Position numbers and translations under genes: made by a program
The notes under the pieces: model-generated
What the model was told of the DNA's origin: nothing
Seen by the model: the letters and a program-made list of their open reading frames with translations, nothing else
Databases searched by the model: none
IMG/VR virus record: IMGVR_UViG_3300034072_000926
Coordinates: 248,001 to 312,000 of that record
DNA: 64,000 bases
Direction: 5' to 3' (one strand)
Shown: positions 29,266-37,964 of the stretch, piece after piece
How positions within the stretch are numbered: the first letter of the stretch is position 1
Layout: each line of letters opens with the position of its first letter

Positions 29266-29604
29266 ATGGACGATCTGTTCGGTAAGGTATTTCAGACCAA
29301 TCGCCAGCGAGTGATGGACATTTTCGACCGTCGTATGCTCAAGCTGGGTGAAGAGTATGGCGAAGCATGTCAGGCCTACCTGAGTGTTTCGAGTGAGAAC
29401 AACAGCAAGAAAAAGTCGTGGGATGATGTCCGTGAGGAACTCGTCGACGTCTTAGTGGTCACCCTTGATCTACTCTGTCACACTATGCCCGATGAAAAGG
29501 ACATGACTGAGGAGGAAAAACTCGCTAGTGTGACTAAGATTCTTAATCGCAAGCTTGATAAGTGGGCGAAGAAAATTAAGAAAAGTGAGGACACAAGCAA
29601 GTGA
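29266..29604 (+). CDS. MazG-like NTP pyrophosphohydrolase
   Basis: 'KLGEEYGE...EELVDVLV'. Confidence 0.7.
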   Translation: MDDLFGKVFQTNRQRVMDIFDRRMLKLGEEYGEACQAYLSVSSENNSKKKSWDDVREELVDVLVVTLDLLCHTMPDEKDMTEEEKLASVTKILNRKLDKWAKKIKKSEDTSK

Positions 29605-29918
29605 AATATGTTCTGGCCCAGAAGCCTGAGAAGCACAATGGAGGAGTGTTCTTCGAGCACGAGATCCATTTCGTTCTTGAAGGCGACGGAGCCCGATTCA
29701 GTTCCACAAGACTGCGCGCACAGGTCGAAGCTTTTATTGCTGAGAACATAGGCGCCAAACACTCTGATTTCAGGGTTTCAGTAAGTCTGCGATGGAATCG
29801 CGAAGCAAAAACTATCAGCAGCTACGGCCAATATCATATGAGCGCAGTTGCTACCGTCAAGGCTAGATTTGTGGACAAGAACAAAGCTTTGCGTTTTAAG
29901 CTGTCCTGGCCTCATTAA
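29601..29918 (+). CDS. FKLxW-family protein
   Basis: 'RFVDKNKALRFKLSW'. Confidence 0.7.
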   Translation: MKYVLAQKPEKHNGGVFFEHEIHFVLEGDGARFSSTRLRAQVEAFIAENIGAKHSDFRVSVSLRWNREAKTISSYGQYHMSAVATVKARFVDKNKALRFKLSWPH

Positions 29919-29958
29919 AATATTGATATTTTCCATGCCGTGATGCTTTAGCCGCGGC

Positions 29959-30489
29959 ATGGAATATCGATACCAAGAACCACCCGAAAAACACAACGGC
30001 CAGAAATGGTTCGGCCACGAAATTCACGTGAAGGTTGTTCCTGCACGGAAGACAGAGCTCTTCGAGTTCGTGGAAAAGATCGCCGGCGAAAAAGGCACCG
30101 GTTTTCGGGTTGTCGATATAAATCACAAATGGTCTTTCAAACGAATTGAGGATGTCGTTATACGCTTTGTGGATAAGAACTCCGCATTGCTGTTCAAGTT
30201 GACTTGGGATCCATGTCCCGAACCAGAAGATATCTTTGAACAGTTGAAAAAGATCATGGCACAATTTCCGCCCATCACAAACCATACTGCGATCATGAGT
30301 CGGCGATATCCTACTATTGATCAGTATGCGGACATATATCCAACATCGGTAGATCCTATAGTCTGGTATAAGGATTATAAAGAGCACCAGAAAACCTACT
30401 GGACCAAATCCAGAAGGATTAAAGCTGGTGATACCATCATGGATTTCAGCGAACTAAGAAAGAGGCTAGACGGTGGAACTGAATCGTAA
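29959..30489 (+). CDS. FKLxW-family protein with C-terminal extension
   Basis: 'RFVDKNSALLFKLTW'; N-terminus paralogous to 29601 ORF (QKPEKHNG / EPPEKHNG). Confidence 0.75.
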   Translation: MEYRYQEPPEKHNGQKWFGHEIHVKVVPARKTELFEFVEKIAGEKGTGFRVVDINHKWSFKRIEDVVIRFVDKNSALLFKLTWDPCPEPEDIFEQLKKIMAQFPPITNHTAIMSRRYPTIDQYADIYPTSVDPIVWYKDYKEHQKTYWTKSRRIKAGDTIMDFSELRKRLDGGTES

Positions 30490-31075
30490 TCGTCCTGACC
30501 GGCCGCATCAATCCGGAAAGAAACGTCATTTCAAAGACGGTTTTGATCTCTGGATTAAGAAAGAGCGTATCGGCGAACTGAGGAAGCTTCTAAAGGGTTG
30601 GGACCTCAAAGCTGAGAAAGATTATATCTTCTCAGTAAAGTCCACCTATGATTTTGATAGGATGAAATCCTTCGGCGGAGTAATCTGCATGGAAGCTGTC
30701 ATCTCGTTCAAATCTTCTGACAAGGCCACACTGTTTAAGCTCAGCTGGGCAGAATGTGAACCAACCCGATCTGATAGGGTGCGCTATCTCAACAAGGTCG
30801 TCTTGCCAGTCATCCGAAGGGTGATGCCGAGTATCATCGCGCATGACATCATAGGTGTTCAGCCAATGACAACACCGGCGGCCCAGGTTCACTCTTTGAA
30901 GGTGAAATACGGAACAGGCACCCCGCAACCGCAACCGCCACCGCAATCGCAATCCAAGAGCAAGCTGGAGAAGATGCTAGATGATGCCCGAGAGGAATTG
31001 AAGAAAGCCGCGGGCGCCACGTCATCCTCTCCCAACCACTCTTTCTCTCTTATCCGACCTGACGAAACGGAGTGA
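30473..31075 (+). CDS. FKLxW-family protein fused to a major-capsid-protein (Gol-like) segment
   Basis: 'SFKSSDKATLFKLSW' followed by 'IRRVMPSIIAHDIIGVQPM'. Confidence 0.75.
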   Translation: MELNRNRPDRPHQSGKKRHFKDGFDLWIKKERIGELRKLLKGWDLKAEKDYIFSVKSTYDFDRMKSFGGVICMEAVISFKSSDKATLFKLSWAECEPTRSDRVRYLNKVVLPVIRRVMPSIIAHDIIGVQPMTTPAAQVHSLKVKYGTGTPQPQPPPQSQSKSKLEKMLDDAREELKKAAGATSSSPNHSFSLIRPDETE

Positions 31076-31263
31076 GTCTGTGTCGGATCGCACCTCTGGT
31101 GTTTTCTTAATTGAAAATATTCTAAATCCATGTTATCTGGGTATACCCGCTGGGCGGGTACATCTAGACAACCTGCTTTTGTATGTTCTATTAAGCAAAT
31201 ACCGGAGTGGCGTTTATATAGTACGGAAGAATCGCTCAGAAAGAAATCAGAAAGAACAGCCAC

Positions 31264-31746
31264 ATGACAGACCTAATAACCACTCCCCATATCTATTGTG
31301 ACTTCGATGGAGTCCTAGTAGACTTCGAACGAGGTTTCGAGATGCAATATGGCAAGCGACATGATTCCGTACCTGAGTTTGTTATGTGGAAGATCATCAA
31401 GAACAATATGAGTCACTGGGAACAACTCCCAGCCATGCCAGGTGCTCTACAGCTCTGGGCATATATCGCTCGCTACAATCCAACGATCCTCACTGGCTGT
31501 CCTAGCTCTGGAATGCAGCAAGCTGCCGAAGGCAAAACCATCTGGAAGAATCGTGAACTAGGTGAGCATGTTCCGATCATAACCTGTCTATCGCGTTACA
31601 AGCCCAAGCACATGAAAGCTAAGGGCGACTTCCTCATTGACGATATGCAGAAGAACATCGACCGCTGGAATGAAGCAGGCGGTGTTGGTATCCTGCATAC
31701 CTGTGCGGCTTCTACAATCGAAAAGCTCAAGGAGCATGGTCTATGA
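31264..31746 (+). CDS. HAD-family 5'(3')-deoxyribonucleotidase
   Basis: 'IYCDFDGVLVDF' and 'LIDD..KN..W..AGG.GILH'. Confidence 0.85.
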   Translation: MTDLITTPHIYCDFDGVLVDFERGFEMQYGKRHDSVPEFVMWKIIKNNMSHWEQLPAMPGALQLWAYIARYNPTILTGCPSSGMQQAAEGKTIWKNRELGEHVPIITCLSRYKPKHMKAKGDFLIDDMQKNIDRWNEAGGVGILHTCAASTIEKLKEHGL

Positions 31747-32201
31747 ACCAGAAAGATTTCGTCCTCACTCTGATGATCATCATTGCCTGTATGGCCGCTT
31801 ATTGTCTCTTTCTCCATCTGAAGATGGAGGGAATGAAACTTGATAAAGGACGTCGTCAGCGAGTGTTCAGCGGAGATCAGGTCGGAGGCAACATTGACAT
31901 TGCCGGGCGTCATTTCAAAGGCAAAAATGTCGTCATCAAAGGAAACAAGGTCTTTGTTGATGGTCGAGACGTGTCTGAATACTTCGATGAAGGTCAGATT
32001 GTTGAGATCAAACTCACAGGTCCATTGGAGAGCTTGACTACCAGTGCGAATGTGACTTGCAAAGACGTCCAGGGCAACGTGAATGCTAATGGCAATGTTG
32101 TGTGCGGCGATGTGCGTGGTTATGTTAAGACAGACGGAAACGTGACTGCTAAGGATATCACGGGCGGCGTAAAAGCCGGCGGCAATGTAATTTATGGTTG
32201 A
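31743..32201 (+). CDS. Membrane-anchored protein with beta-helix-like repeats
   Basis: N-terminal TM helix; 'NVTCKDVQGNVNANGNVVCGDV' repeats. Confidence 0.65.
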   Translation: MNQKDFVLTLMIIIACMAAYCLFLHLKMEGMKLDKGRRQRVFSGDQVGGNIDIAGRHFKGKNVVIKGNKVFVDGRDVSEYFDEGQIVEIKLTGPLESLTTSANVTCKDVQGNVNANGNVVCGDVRGYVKTDGNVTAKDITGGVKAGGNVIYG

Positions 32202-32225
32202 CAAACCGAACTAGCCTGCTATAGG
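32198..32225 (+). promoter_or_regulatory. Sigma70-type promoter overlapped by a hairpin (32208-32237)
   Basis: TTGACA-N16-TATAGG with upstream TG. Confidence 0.55.
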
Positions 32226-32362
32226 GTGGGCTAGTTCAACAAAGGAATTTGTCATGATTATATGGTGTCAATATTGGAGATCGGCAGGGTCCTAATACAC
32301 GATACCATATCTATGGCGTGATTGGCCACCCTGCGAGGAATAACCTTTCAGGGTGGTTTATC

Positions 32363-33253
32363 ATGGGCGGAAATGCTTTTCCGGGTCTGCAGATGGTGCG
32401 GGTCCGAAGGGAGGATGTTGCCTCCACAGTTGATCATGTCGTTCAGGCTCTAGCAATGCCTGATTTCACTCTCGCATACGCGATGGACAATCTCATGGGA
32501 AGTGCTGGTAAACAGGACGACTCTGGAGACCTTGACTTCGCGATGAACAACAAGCCAGCACGGTTTGTTGGAGAGCCCGAACTTCCTGTGTTCAAACTTC
32601 GTGAAGTTGCGGAGAGAGCACGAGCAGTTCTGCCTCAGGGACACGTGAACACAAAGACATTGAAGGGCGGACAGTTCCAGACTGCCTTCCCAGTTGCTGG
32701 TGATCCCACAAAGGGATATGTTCAGGTCGACTTTGTAGCAGGAAATCCTGAATGGTTGAAGTTCAGTCACTTCTCACCGGGTAAGGATTTCAGCCCCTAC
32801 AAGGGTGTCTTAGTGTCCACAATGTTGGGTGTGCTCGCTAAGATGCGAAAGGACTTTGAGCTCTTCAGCGGGGATCTACGGGTTGCTCGCGTGGGTCTAA
32901 GGTTCGATCTTGAGAAAGGACTCTCACGTTCCTGGAAGATGCAGAAGCGCGAAGGAAACGGCATGTCGTTTGTTTCTGCAGACGAATTTGAGACTGCTGT
33001 TGCAACTTCTCCGCGTTTCACACGTTTAGAGAATGTTACAGCGCCTGACGAGGTTCTGCAACTGCTGTTCGGGATGCCAGTGACTCATGAGGAAGTTAAC
33101 ACTTTCGAGAAGTTGGTAGCGAAGGTTCGGGAAGTGCTACCGGACCGTTTTGAAGAGGCGCGTGAGCGTTTCCTAGAAGCGGCTTCAAGGAGTGCAGCGA
33201 AGAACGACTATACGCTGGAAGGTCTCTCAAACTTGCCAGTGTGGTCACAGTAA
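32363..33253 (+). CDS. Pol-beta superfamily nucleotidyltransferase-like protein
   Basis: 'MGSAGK..SGDLDFAM' (GS..DxD) and 'VQVDF'; ATG 32363 preferred. Confidence 0.6.
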   Translation: MGGNAFPGLQMVRVRREDVASTVDHVVQALAMPDFTLAYAMDNLMGSAGKQDDSGDLDFAMNNKPARFVGEPELPVFKLREVAERARAVLPQGHVNTKTLKGGQFQTAFPVAGDPTKGYVQVDFVAGNPEWLKFSHFSPGKDFSPYKGVLVSTMLGVLAKMRKDFELFSGDLRVARVGLRFDLEKGLSRSWKMQKREGNGMSFVSADEFETAVATSPRFTRLENVTAPDEVLQLLFGMPVTHEEVNTFEKLVAKVREVLPDRFEEARERFLEAASRSAAKNDYTLEGLSNLPVWSQ

Positions 33254-33255
33254 AG

Positions 33256-33320
33256 AAGAACACCTAAGTTGTCGAGCATGAGGGACCCCCGCCTCTCTAG
33301 ACTCCAACTTAGGTGTTCTT
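33256..33320 (+). terminator. Long hairpin/terminator after NTase gene
   Basis: 16-bp perfect IR AAGAACACCTAAGTTG/CAACTTAGGTGTTCTT followed by TTCTCTT. Confidence 0.6.
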
Positions 33321-33388
33321 TTCTCTTGCGCTTCTAGGGTAAACCTGTTACAAACAGAGAGCTTAAGAACACAAGAGATACAGGAACG

Positions 33389-33748
33389 ATGGCTCGTCGT
33401 AAAAGAAAAACCTCATATCGTTTCTCACTATCTATGTTCCTCGTAAACAGAACCTCCAAAGTTGATCGCAGGCGTCGTCGTCGCATTCGTCGTTCGAAGA
33501 ATCATTGGCGGACGATTGACAAGCTTACCTACTCAAAGATCCTCATCACGGATATTGAACGGGTATGGCTTGAGCTGAACGCACCCACGGCAACCATTAC
33601 CTATGAACGGGCTCCCAAATATAAGGAGAGCATCGCGTATCGGAAGGGTTATTGGCATGGCTATGTCTATGTCGTGCGTTTTCCTGAATCGATTTCTGAC
33701 AAGGCGATCACATTCAAACATACTTGGTGGAACAAGAAATGCCTGTAA
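33389..33748 (+). CDS. Arg-rich protein, divergent FKLxW family
   Basis: 'VRFPESISDKAITFKHTW'. Confidence 0.65.
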   Translation: MARRKRKTSYRFSLSMFLVNRTSKVDRRRRRRIRRSKNHWRTIDKLTYSKILITDIERVWLELNAPTATITYERAPKYKESIAYRKGYWHGYVYVVRFPESISDKAITFKHTWWNKKCL

Positions 33749-34041
33749 AGCCAATTGCCATCGAATGTGATATAAAGACTTTGTCTCAGGAAGCTCGTGA
33801 TTGGCTGTGGGAAGGCTCGACCGATCTCTGTTGGATTCAATCAGATTATCGGATTGAAGATCGAGAAGTCACTCGAGAAAGTGTTATCACTAATCCTGTG
33901 CCACAACATCTTATGAGTCCACATCTTATAGCTTGGTATTATAGGGCGGATGATACTTCCTTCTGGCTCACGATCAAGCATGATGCGGTGATGTTTGCTA
34001 GTCCCTCTGATGCAACCTATTTCAAGTTGACCTTCCTATGA
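33724..34041 (+). CDS. FKLxW-family protein
   Basis: 'MFASPSDATYFKLTF'. Confidence 0.7.
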   Translation: MVEQEMPVKPIAIECDIKTLSQEARDWLWEGSTDLCWIQSDYRIEDREVTRESVITNPVPQHLMSPHLIAWYYRADDTSFWLTIKHDAVMFASPSDATYFKLTFL

Positions 34042-34340
34042 AGCCCTTATTCTATATGCTCGCCAAGCATGGTCCTTGGTTACATCATGTCAGGATCTCA
34101 AAGTCTGTTAACTTCGTGAGCGCAGTTGAATGGCTAACGAAACAAGGCAAGAAGCAAGATATTGATTACGAAATCTTGATTGAGAAGATCGAGCATCGTA
34201 ATACACAGATCGTTCAACCTGGTAAGACCTCGGGATCGAAGCAATTCACTAATCCAACAGTGAAAGCAATCGAACCAATTCTGTTTTTCAATGACGCAAG
34301 TCTTGCCAGCTATGTGAAGCTTACGTGGGGTGGTCGATGA
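34038..34340 (+). CDS. FKLxW-family protein
   Basis: 'FFNDASLASYVKLTW'. Confidence 0.7.
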   Translation: MKPLFYMLAKHGPWLHHVRISKSVNFVSAVEWLTKQGKKQDIDYEILIEKIEHRNTQIVQPGKTSGSKQFTNPTVKAIEPILFFNDASLASYVKLTWGGR

Positions 34341-34723
34341 GTATCCTGAAAGCCTTTACGCATCCTGATTTTATCAAGGAAGCCAAAGAACTCATCGAGA
34401 GCTATTCTATCCTTGATAATGATGCATTTGACCTTGGATCAGAACTCCAAGCTATCTTGCTTCGACAATATGAATGGGAATTTGAGGACGAGATCAAAGA
34501 CCATCCCTATGGGATAGGAATCCCCAAGTTGGGAACCTATGATTTTGCCCAAGAGGTAGAGCTTGAACTGCTAGAATGGCTTGACAACACCTATCCCAGA
34601 GACGATTACATTTTCATGCCTCTGTCTGCTTATGGCAAATATAAGGATAAGTGGAATTGGATCTATTTCAAGAAAGCATCACAAGCTGTTCATTTCAAAC
34701 TAATCTGGTTTGATTACTTGTAA
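34337..34723 (+). CDS. FKLxW-family protein
   Basis: '[15 protein letters not shown]'; ATGA coupling at 34337. Confidence 0.7.
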   Translation: MSILKAFTHPDFIKEAKELIESYSILDNDAFDLGSELQAILLRQYEWEFEDEIKDHPYGIGIPKLGTYDFAQEVELELLEWLDNTYPRDDYIFMPLSAYGKYKDKWNWIYFKKASQAVHFKLIWFDYL

Positions 34724-34932
34724 CGGAAACTGATACGTCCCTTCGAAACATCGTAGGGAGTCATTTCTACCTCTACTCGATCGCCGAGTAGGACATTGAT
34801 ATTGTTCTTACGCATCTTGCCCGAGATATGACCGATAATCACAAAGTCATTCTCGAGCTTGACACGGAACAAAGCATTAGGAAGGACCTCGATGATTTGG
34901 CCCTTCATTTTCATTACGTCTTGCTTTGACAT
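34714..34932 (-). CDS. infA: Translation initiation factor IF-1
   Basis: 72 aa '[43 protein letters not shown]'. Confidence 0.95.
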   Translation of the reverse strand: MSKQDVMKMKGQIIEVLPNALFRVKLENDFVIIGHISGKMRKNNINVLLGDRVEVEMTPYDVSKGRISFRYK

Positions 34933-34963
34933 TATTCCTCGCAGATGGGATACCCAGGTATAT

Positions 34964-35368
34964 TTAGCCTGAGACCGTGATCGTCTGCACTTCGATGGTG
35001 TCATCATTCATCATCGGGATAATCCACCACAGATTAGGAATAAGGTTCTCGGGAAGGTCGTAGGTCTCAACGACTTCCACGACTTCATCGGTCATCGTGC
35101 GCAGGTAGGTCATAGCCTCCGTATTGTGACATGAGAAGAAGTGAACCTTGTAGTCTGGACCCTCAAGAGTGATTCGATGATCCCAATCAATGTCCACGCC
35201 GGCTTCTTCGATGAACTCGCGCTTCATAGCATCATAGGCTGTTTCGCCGAATTCAATCTTGCCACCAACAGCGTTATAGAGTCCAGCTTGCCACTCTGGA
35301 CGGTTCTTTTGGATGAGGGTGACACGATCACCCTCATCGCTATAGAGAAGACCTGCGACGTATTCCAT
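34964..35368 (-). CDS. NUDIX hydrolase
   Basis: Nudix box [23 protein letters not shown]. Confidence 0.9.
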   Translation of the reverse strand: MEYVAGLLYSDEGDRVTLIQKNRPEWQAGLYNAVGGKIEFGETAYDAMKREFIEEAGVDIDWDHRITLEGPDYKVHFFSCHNTEAMTYLRTMTDEVVEVVETYDLPENLIPNLWWIIPMMNDDTIEVQTITVSG

Positions 35369-36009
35369 TACTTCGAGTTGCCTGCACCGAGGATCTTGAT
35401 CTCATCGCAAACGCCGAGGTCTTTAGCTTCCTGAGCCGACAGCCAAACATCATGGGCAGGAAGCAGACGTTCCAAGACCTGTGCCTTGGTCAAGCCAGTG
35501 TGCTTCATGTAGTGGTTCAGCATACGCTCCTGAGTGAGTTCAAATTCACGAACAGTAGCAAACAGTTCGTGCGACTTACCGCGAGAACCCCACGACCATT
35601 CATGCGACAGAATCGAAGTATTGGGAGTGAGAACGCGATGACCCTTTGCACCGGCGATGAAAGTGAGGAAGCCACAGGAGCCAATCATACCCAGGCCCAT
35701 AGTGTGGACGGGGATTGCGCTGCCTTCCATCGCGTCGATGATTGCGAATGCGCTATTGACTTCACCGCCAGGACTGTTGATGATCAGGGTCAGGTGATCA
35801 TACTCCTGACGAGGAGCAAAGTTTGCCTCGAGAATCCAGGTCACAATCTTGTGAGCATTCTCAGAATTGAAACCGCCGCTCAGGAAATAGACGCCCTTGT
35901 CACGCAGGGTGGGAGCAAAATTCGGCGGGGTGGTTGCCATTACAGTAGTTGCCTCGGGCGTTTCCTTCTCGATGACAACACCTTTTTCAGCACCAGTCTT
36001 CTTAACCAT
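35368..36009 (-). CDS. clpP: ClpP serine protease
   Basis: 'INSPGGEV', Ser in GSCG, His in LSHE, Asp in HDVWLSAQEA. Confidence 0.9.
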   Translation of the reverse strand: MVKKTGAEKGVVIEKETPEATTVMATTPPNFAPTLRDKGVYFLSGGFNSENAHKIVTWILEANFAPRQEYDHLTLIINSPGGEVNSAFAIIDAMEGSAIPVHTMGLGMIGSCGFLTFIAGAKGHRVLTPNTSILSHEWSWGSRGKSHELFATVREFELTQERMLNHYMKHTGLTKAQVLERLLPAHDVWLSAQEAKDLGVCDEIKILGAGNSK

Positions 36010-36119
36010 ATAAACTCCTAATACGCCCTTGTGGGCTGCATCTTTGTTCTTAAAGGGGCGGAGAAGAGTTTGTCAGTATTTTATTTGCAGAAGTTAATTC
36101 TGCCTGCTAGTCGGTCTCT

Positions 36120-36473
36120 ATGATGCATATTGTCGTTATCCAAAACTCAAACACTGGTCGATTCCTCCTAAAGAAAGAAAACGACGTCTGGAACTGGCCA
36201 TTCGTGGAAGAATGCAATCCAGAAGAACCGATGCTCTTTAATAGTCTCACGGTTTGTGAAGCATTGACCAACGTCGGCGTGGATAACATGCTCATGGATT
36301 TTGTAGATTATCCGAAGGATCAATTGTTCTTCATCTATATAAGAGATGAGAACCTAACCCCTGATGTTGCTTGGCATTACCTCTATGAGTTTCCTGAGAA
36401 CGTTTCGACGTTCATCGAAGAGGTTTGTGATCACGAAACTTTCATAAAGAAAGCAATCTCACCTGCCTTGTAG
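36120..36473 (+). CDS. Hypothetical protein (possibly degenerate NUDIX-like)
   Basis: 117-aa ORF. Confidence 0.6.
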   Translation: MMHIVVIQNSNTGRFLLKKENDVWNWPFVEECNPEEPMLFNSLTVCEALTNVGVDNMLMDFVDYPKDQLFFIYIRDENLTPDVAWHYLYEFPENVSTFIEEVCDHETFIKKAISPAL

Positions 36474-36520
36474 AAAATGGTTGCAATAAGGAAACAGTCT
36501 AGCTATAAGTAAGACATAAC

Positions 36521-36605
36521 GCGCCTGTGGTGAAATTGGTAGACGCGCTGGTTTTAGGTACCAGTATCGAAAGATGTGGGGGTTCGAGTCCCTTCAGGCG
36601 CACCA
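36521..36605 (+). tRNA. tRNA-Leu (anticodon UAG), CCA encoded
   Basis: Acceptor GCGCCTG/CAGGCGC, anticodon loop TT-TAG-GT, long variable arm, GTTCGA, ACCA end. Confidence 0.95.
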
Positions 36606-36648
36606 CCCTTTAAAGCTTTAGATCGGATTACCGTTAGAAGGCTTTAAG

Positions 36649-36792
36649 ATGTCGAGCGATACTATTCTGCACGTTGTCAGCGCGTTTGCATTTGCTGGCA
36701 TGATCTACTGGGGTTGGTCACAGATTCCTCCCGAAGATCCTGAAATCGTTAAGGCCCGCGCCGAACACGGCAAGGTCGATTTGAACGACTAA
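36649..36792 (+). CDS. 47-aa single-TM protein (not in ORF track)
   Basis: MSSDTILHVVSAFAFAGMIYWGWSQIPPED...; TAATG coupling to next ORF. Confidence 0.5.
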   Translation: MSSDTILHVVSAFAFAGMIYWGWSQIPPEDPEIVKARAEHGKVDLND

Positions 36793-36920
36793 TGGACACC
36801 GTCCATAAAGTCTTGTTTGTGGTGTTAATCAGTTTAGGTGTGTTTCTCATCTGGGCAACATATCAATTAATTAAACCCACTACGTTCTATAATATCGATC
36901 CTTCTGAGGACGATATTTAG
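36792..36920 (+). CDS. 42-aa single-TM protein (not in ORF track)
   Basis: [29 protein letters not shown]... Confidence 0.5.
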   Translation: MDTVHKVLFVVLISLGVFLIWATYQLIKPTTFYNIDPSEDDI

Positions 36921-36924
36921 AATT

Positions 36925-36998
36925 GGTCCCGTAGCTCAGCTGGATAGAGCGTCTGCCTCCTAAGCAGAAGGTCACTGGTTCGAATCCAGTCGGGATCA
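36925..36998 (+). tRNA. tRNA-Arg (anticodon CCU), no encoded CCA
   Basis: Acceptor GGTCCCG/CGGGATC, loop CT-CCT-AA, GTTCGAATC. Confidence 0.93.
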
Positions 36999-37006
36999 CA
37001 GATCGA

Positions 37007-37732
37007 ATGAAGATCTTCCCCGAAATCACATTTCATCACTTTCCCAAAGATAGGTCTTTGGTTGAGAAGGTGATTCGTAAATTCTACATTCCGGAATTTG
37101 CAAGGTTTCGTTCCATCGGTGGATATGAGAAATACTGCCGTAGGATGAAGAAGTCCTTTCCTGTCCGTTGGTTTATCAGCGATAGTCTACCCGACTTCTG
37201 GCACTTCAAAGTCAAACAGCCCTACTATAATGTAAGGGCTTGGTATCGTTATCGGTTCACCGAAAAGTATCATATCGTAAAGCTAGACGTCAAACCTGGC
37301 TATATGGATCCTGATGATCGCATCTTGCATGTGAACTTTCAGATCCTCAAAGACTTTGTTGAGATTGAGTTGGGTGCGATGCATGATGCATCAGAAGCCA
37401 AAGACAACGGCAAGATTCTAGGTTCGTTTTCTAAACTTTACCGAAAGTATAAGAAGAAGAACATTCGCAACCCGGAGGGCGGTGTTCAGTATTTGGATTG
37501 GGAGATTGCTGAGTCAGGTTCTTCCCATCAGGCACACGCGGCTGCTGAGAAGAAGGCAATTTACCTGTGGTGGACTGAAGAACGCCCTAATCGTCTTGAC
37601 GTCTATGATAATCCATACATGGATAATGAAACCAACTACAGGGCTATGAATCGTCTCGAGAGTTTCTATTACGAACAAGACCAAGAAATGCTAAAGCGTT
37701 TGATTGATATCAGAAGTAGCATTTGGATGTAA
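37007..37732 (+). CDS. Hypothetical protein
   Basis: 241-aa ORF between tRNAs. Confidence 0.75.
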   Translation: MKIFPEITFHHFPKDRSLVEKVIRKFYIPEFARFRSIGGYEKYCRRMKKSFPVRWFISDSLPDFWHFKVKQPYYNVRAWYRYRFTEKYHIVKLDVKPGYMDPDDRILHVNFQILKDFVEIELGAMHDASEAKDNGKILGSFSKLYRKYKKKNIRNPEGGVQYLDWEIAESGSSHQAHAAAEKKAIYLWWTEERPNRLDVYDNPYMDNETNYRAMNRLESFYYEQDQEMLKRLIDIRSSIWM

Positions 37733-37762
37733 AAAGATATTGCAATGCAGATTATCCATGTG

Positions 37763-37770
37763 TATAAATA
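37763..37770 (+). promoter_or_regulatory. T4-type late promoter upstream of tRNA-Pro
   Basis: Perfect TATAAATA 32 nt before the tRNA. Confidence 0.55.
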
Positions 37771-37801
37771 AACACATAGAGCAGCACATTGCTTTATACC
37801 T

Positions 37802-37875
37802 CGGGGAGTAGCGCAGTCTGGTAGCGCGCTTGCTTTGGGAGCAAGATGTCGCAGGTTCGAATCCTGTCTCCCCGA
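37802..37875 (+). tRNA. tRNA-Pro (anticodon UGG), no encoded CCA
   Basis: Acceptor CGGGGAG/CTCCCCG, loop TT-TGG-GA, GTTCGAATC. Confidence 0.95.
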
Positions 37876-37964
37876 CATAGTTGAAGTGGTCCCACTGACG
37901 CAAGTCATGCACCCTCAACCCTCCTAGGCCAGTTGGTCGGATTAGTCCCACCCATTGAGCTGGA

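Noticed and set aside
31080-31301. 73-aa ORF and TACCCGC/GCGGGTA hairpin
   Set aside because: No RBS and no motif; more likely an AT-rich intergenic terminator/promoter region.
37669-37951. Minus-strand ORFs across tRNA-Pro
   Set aside because: Antisense translations of the tRNA gene.
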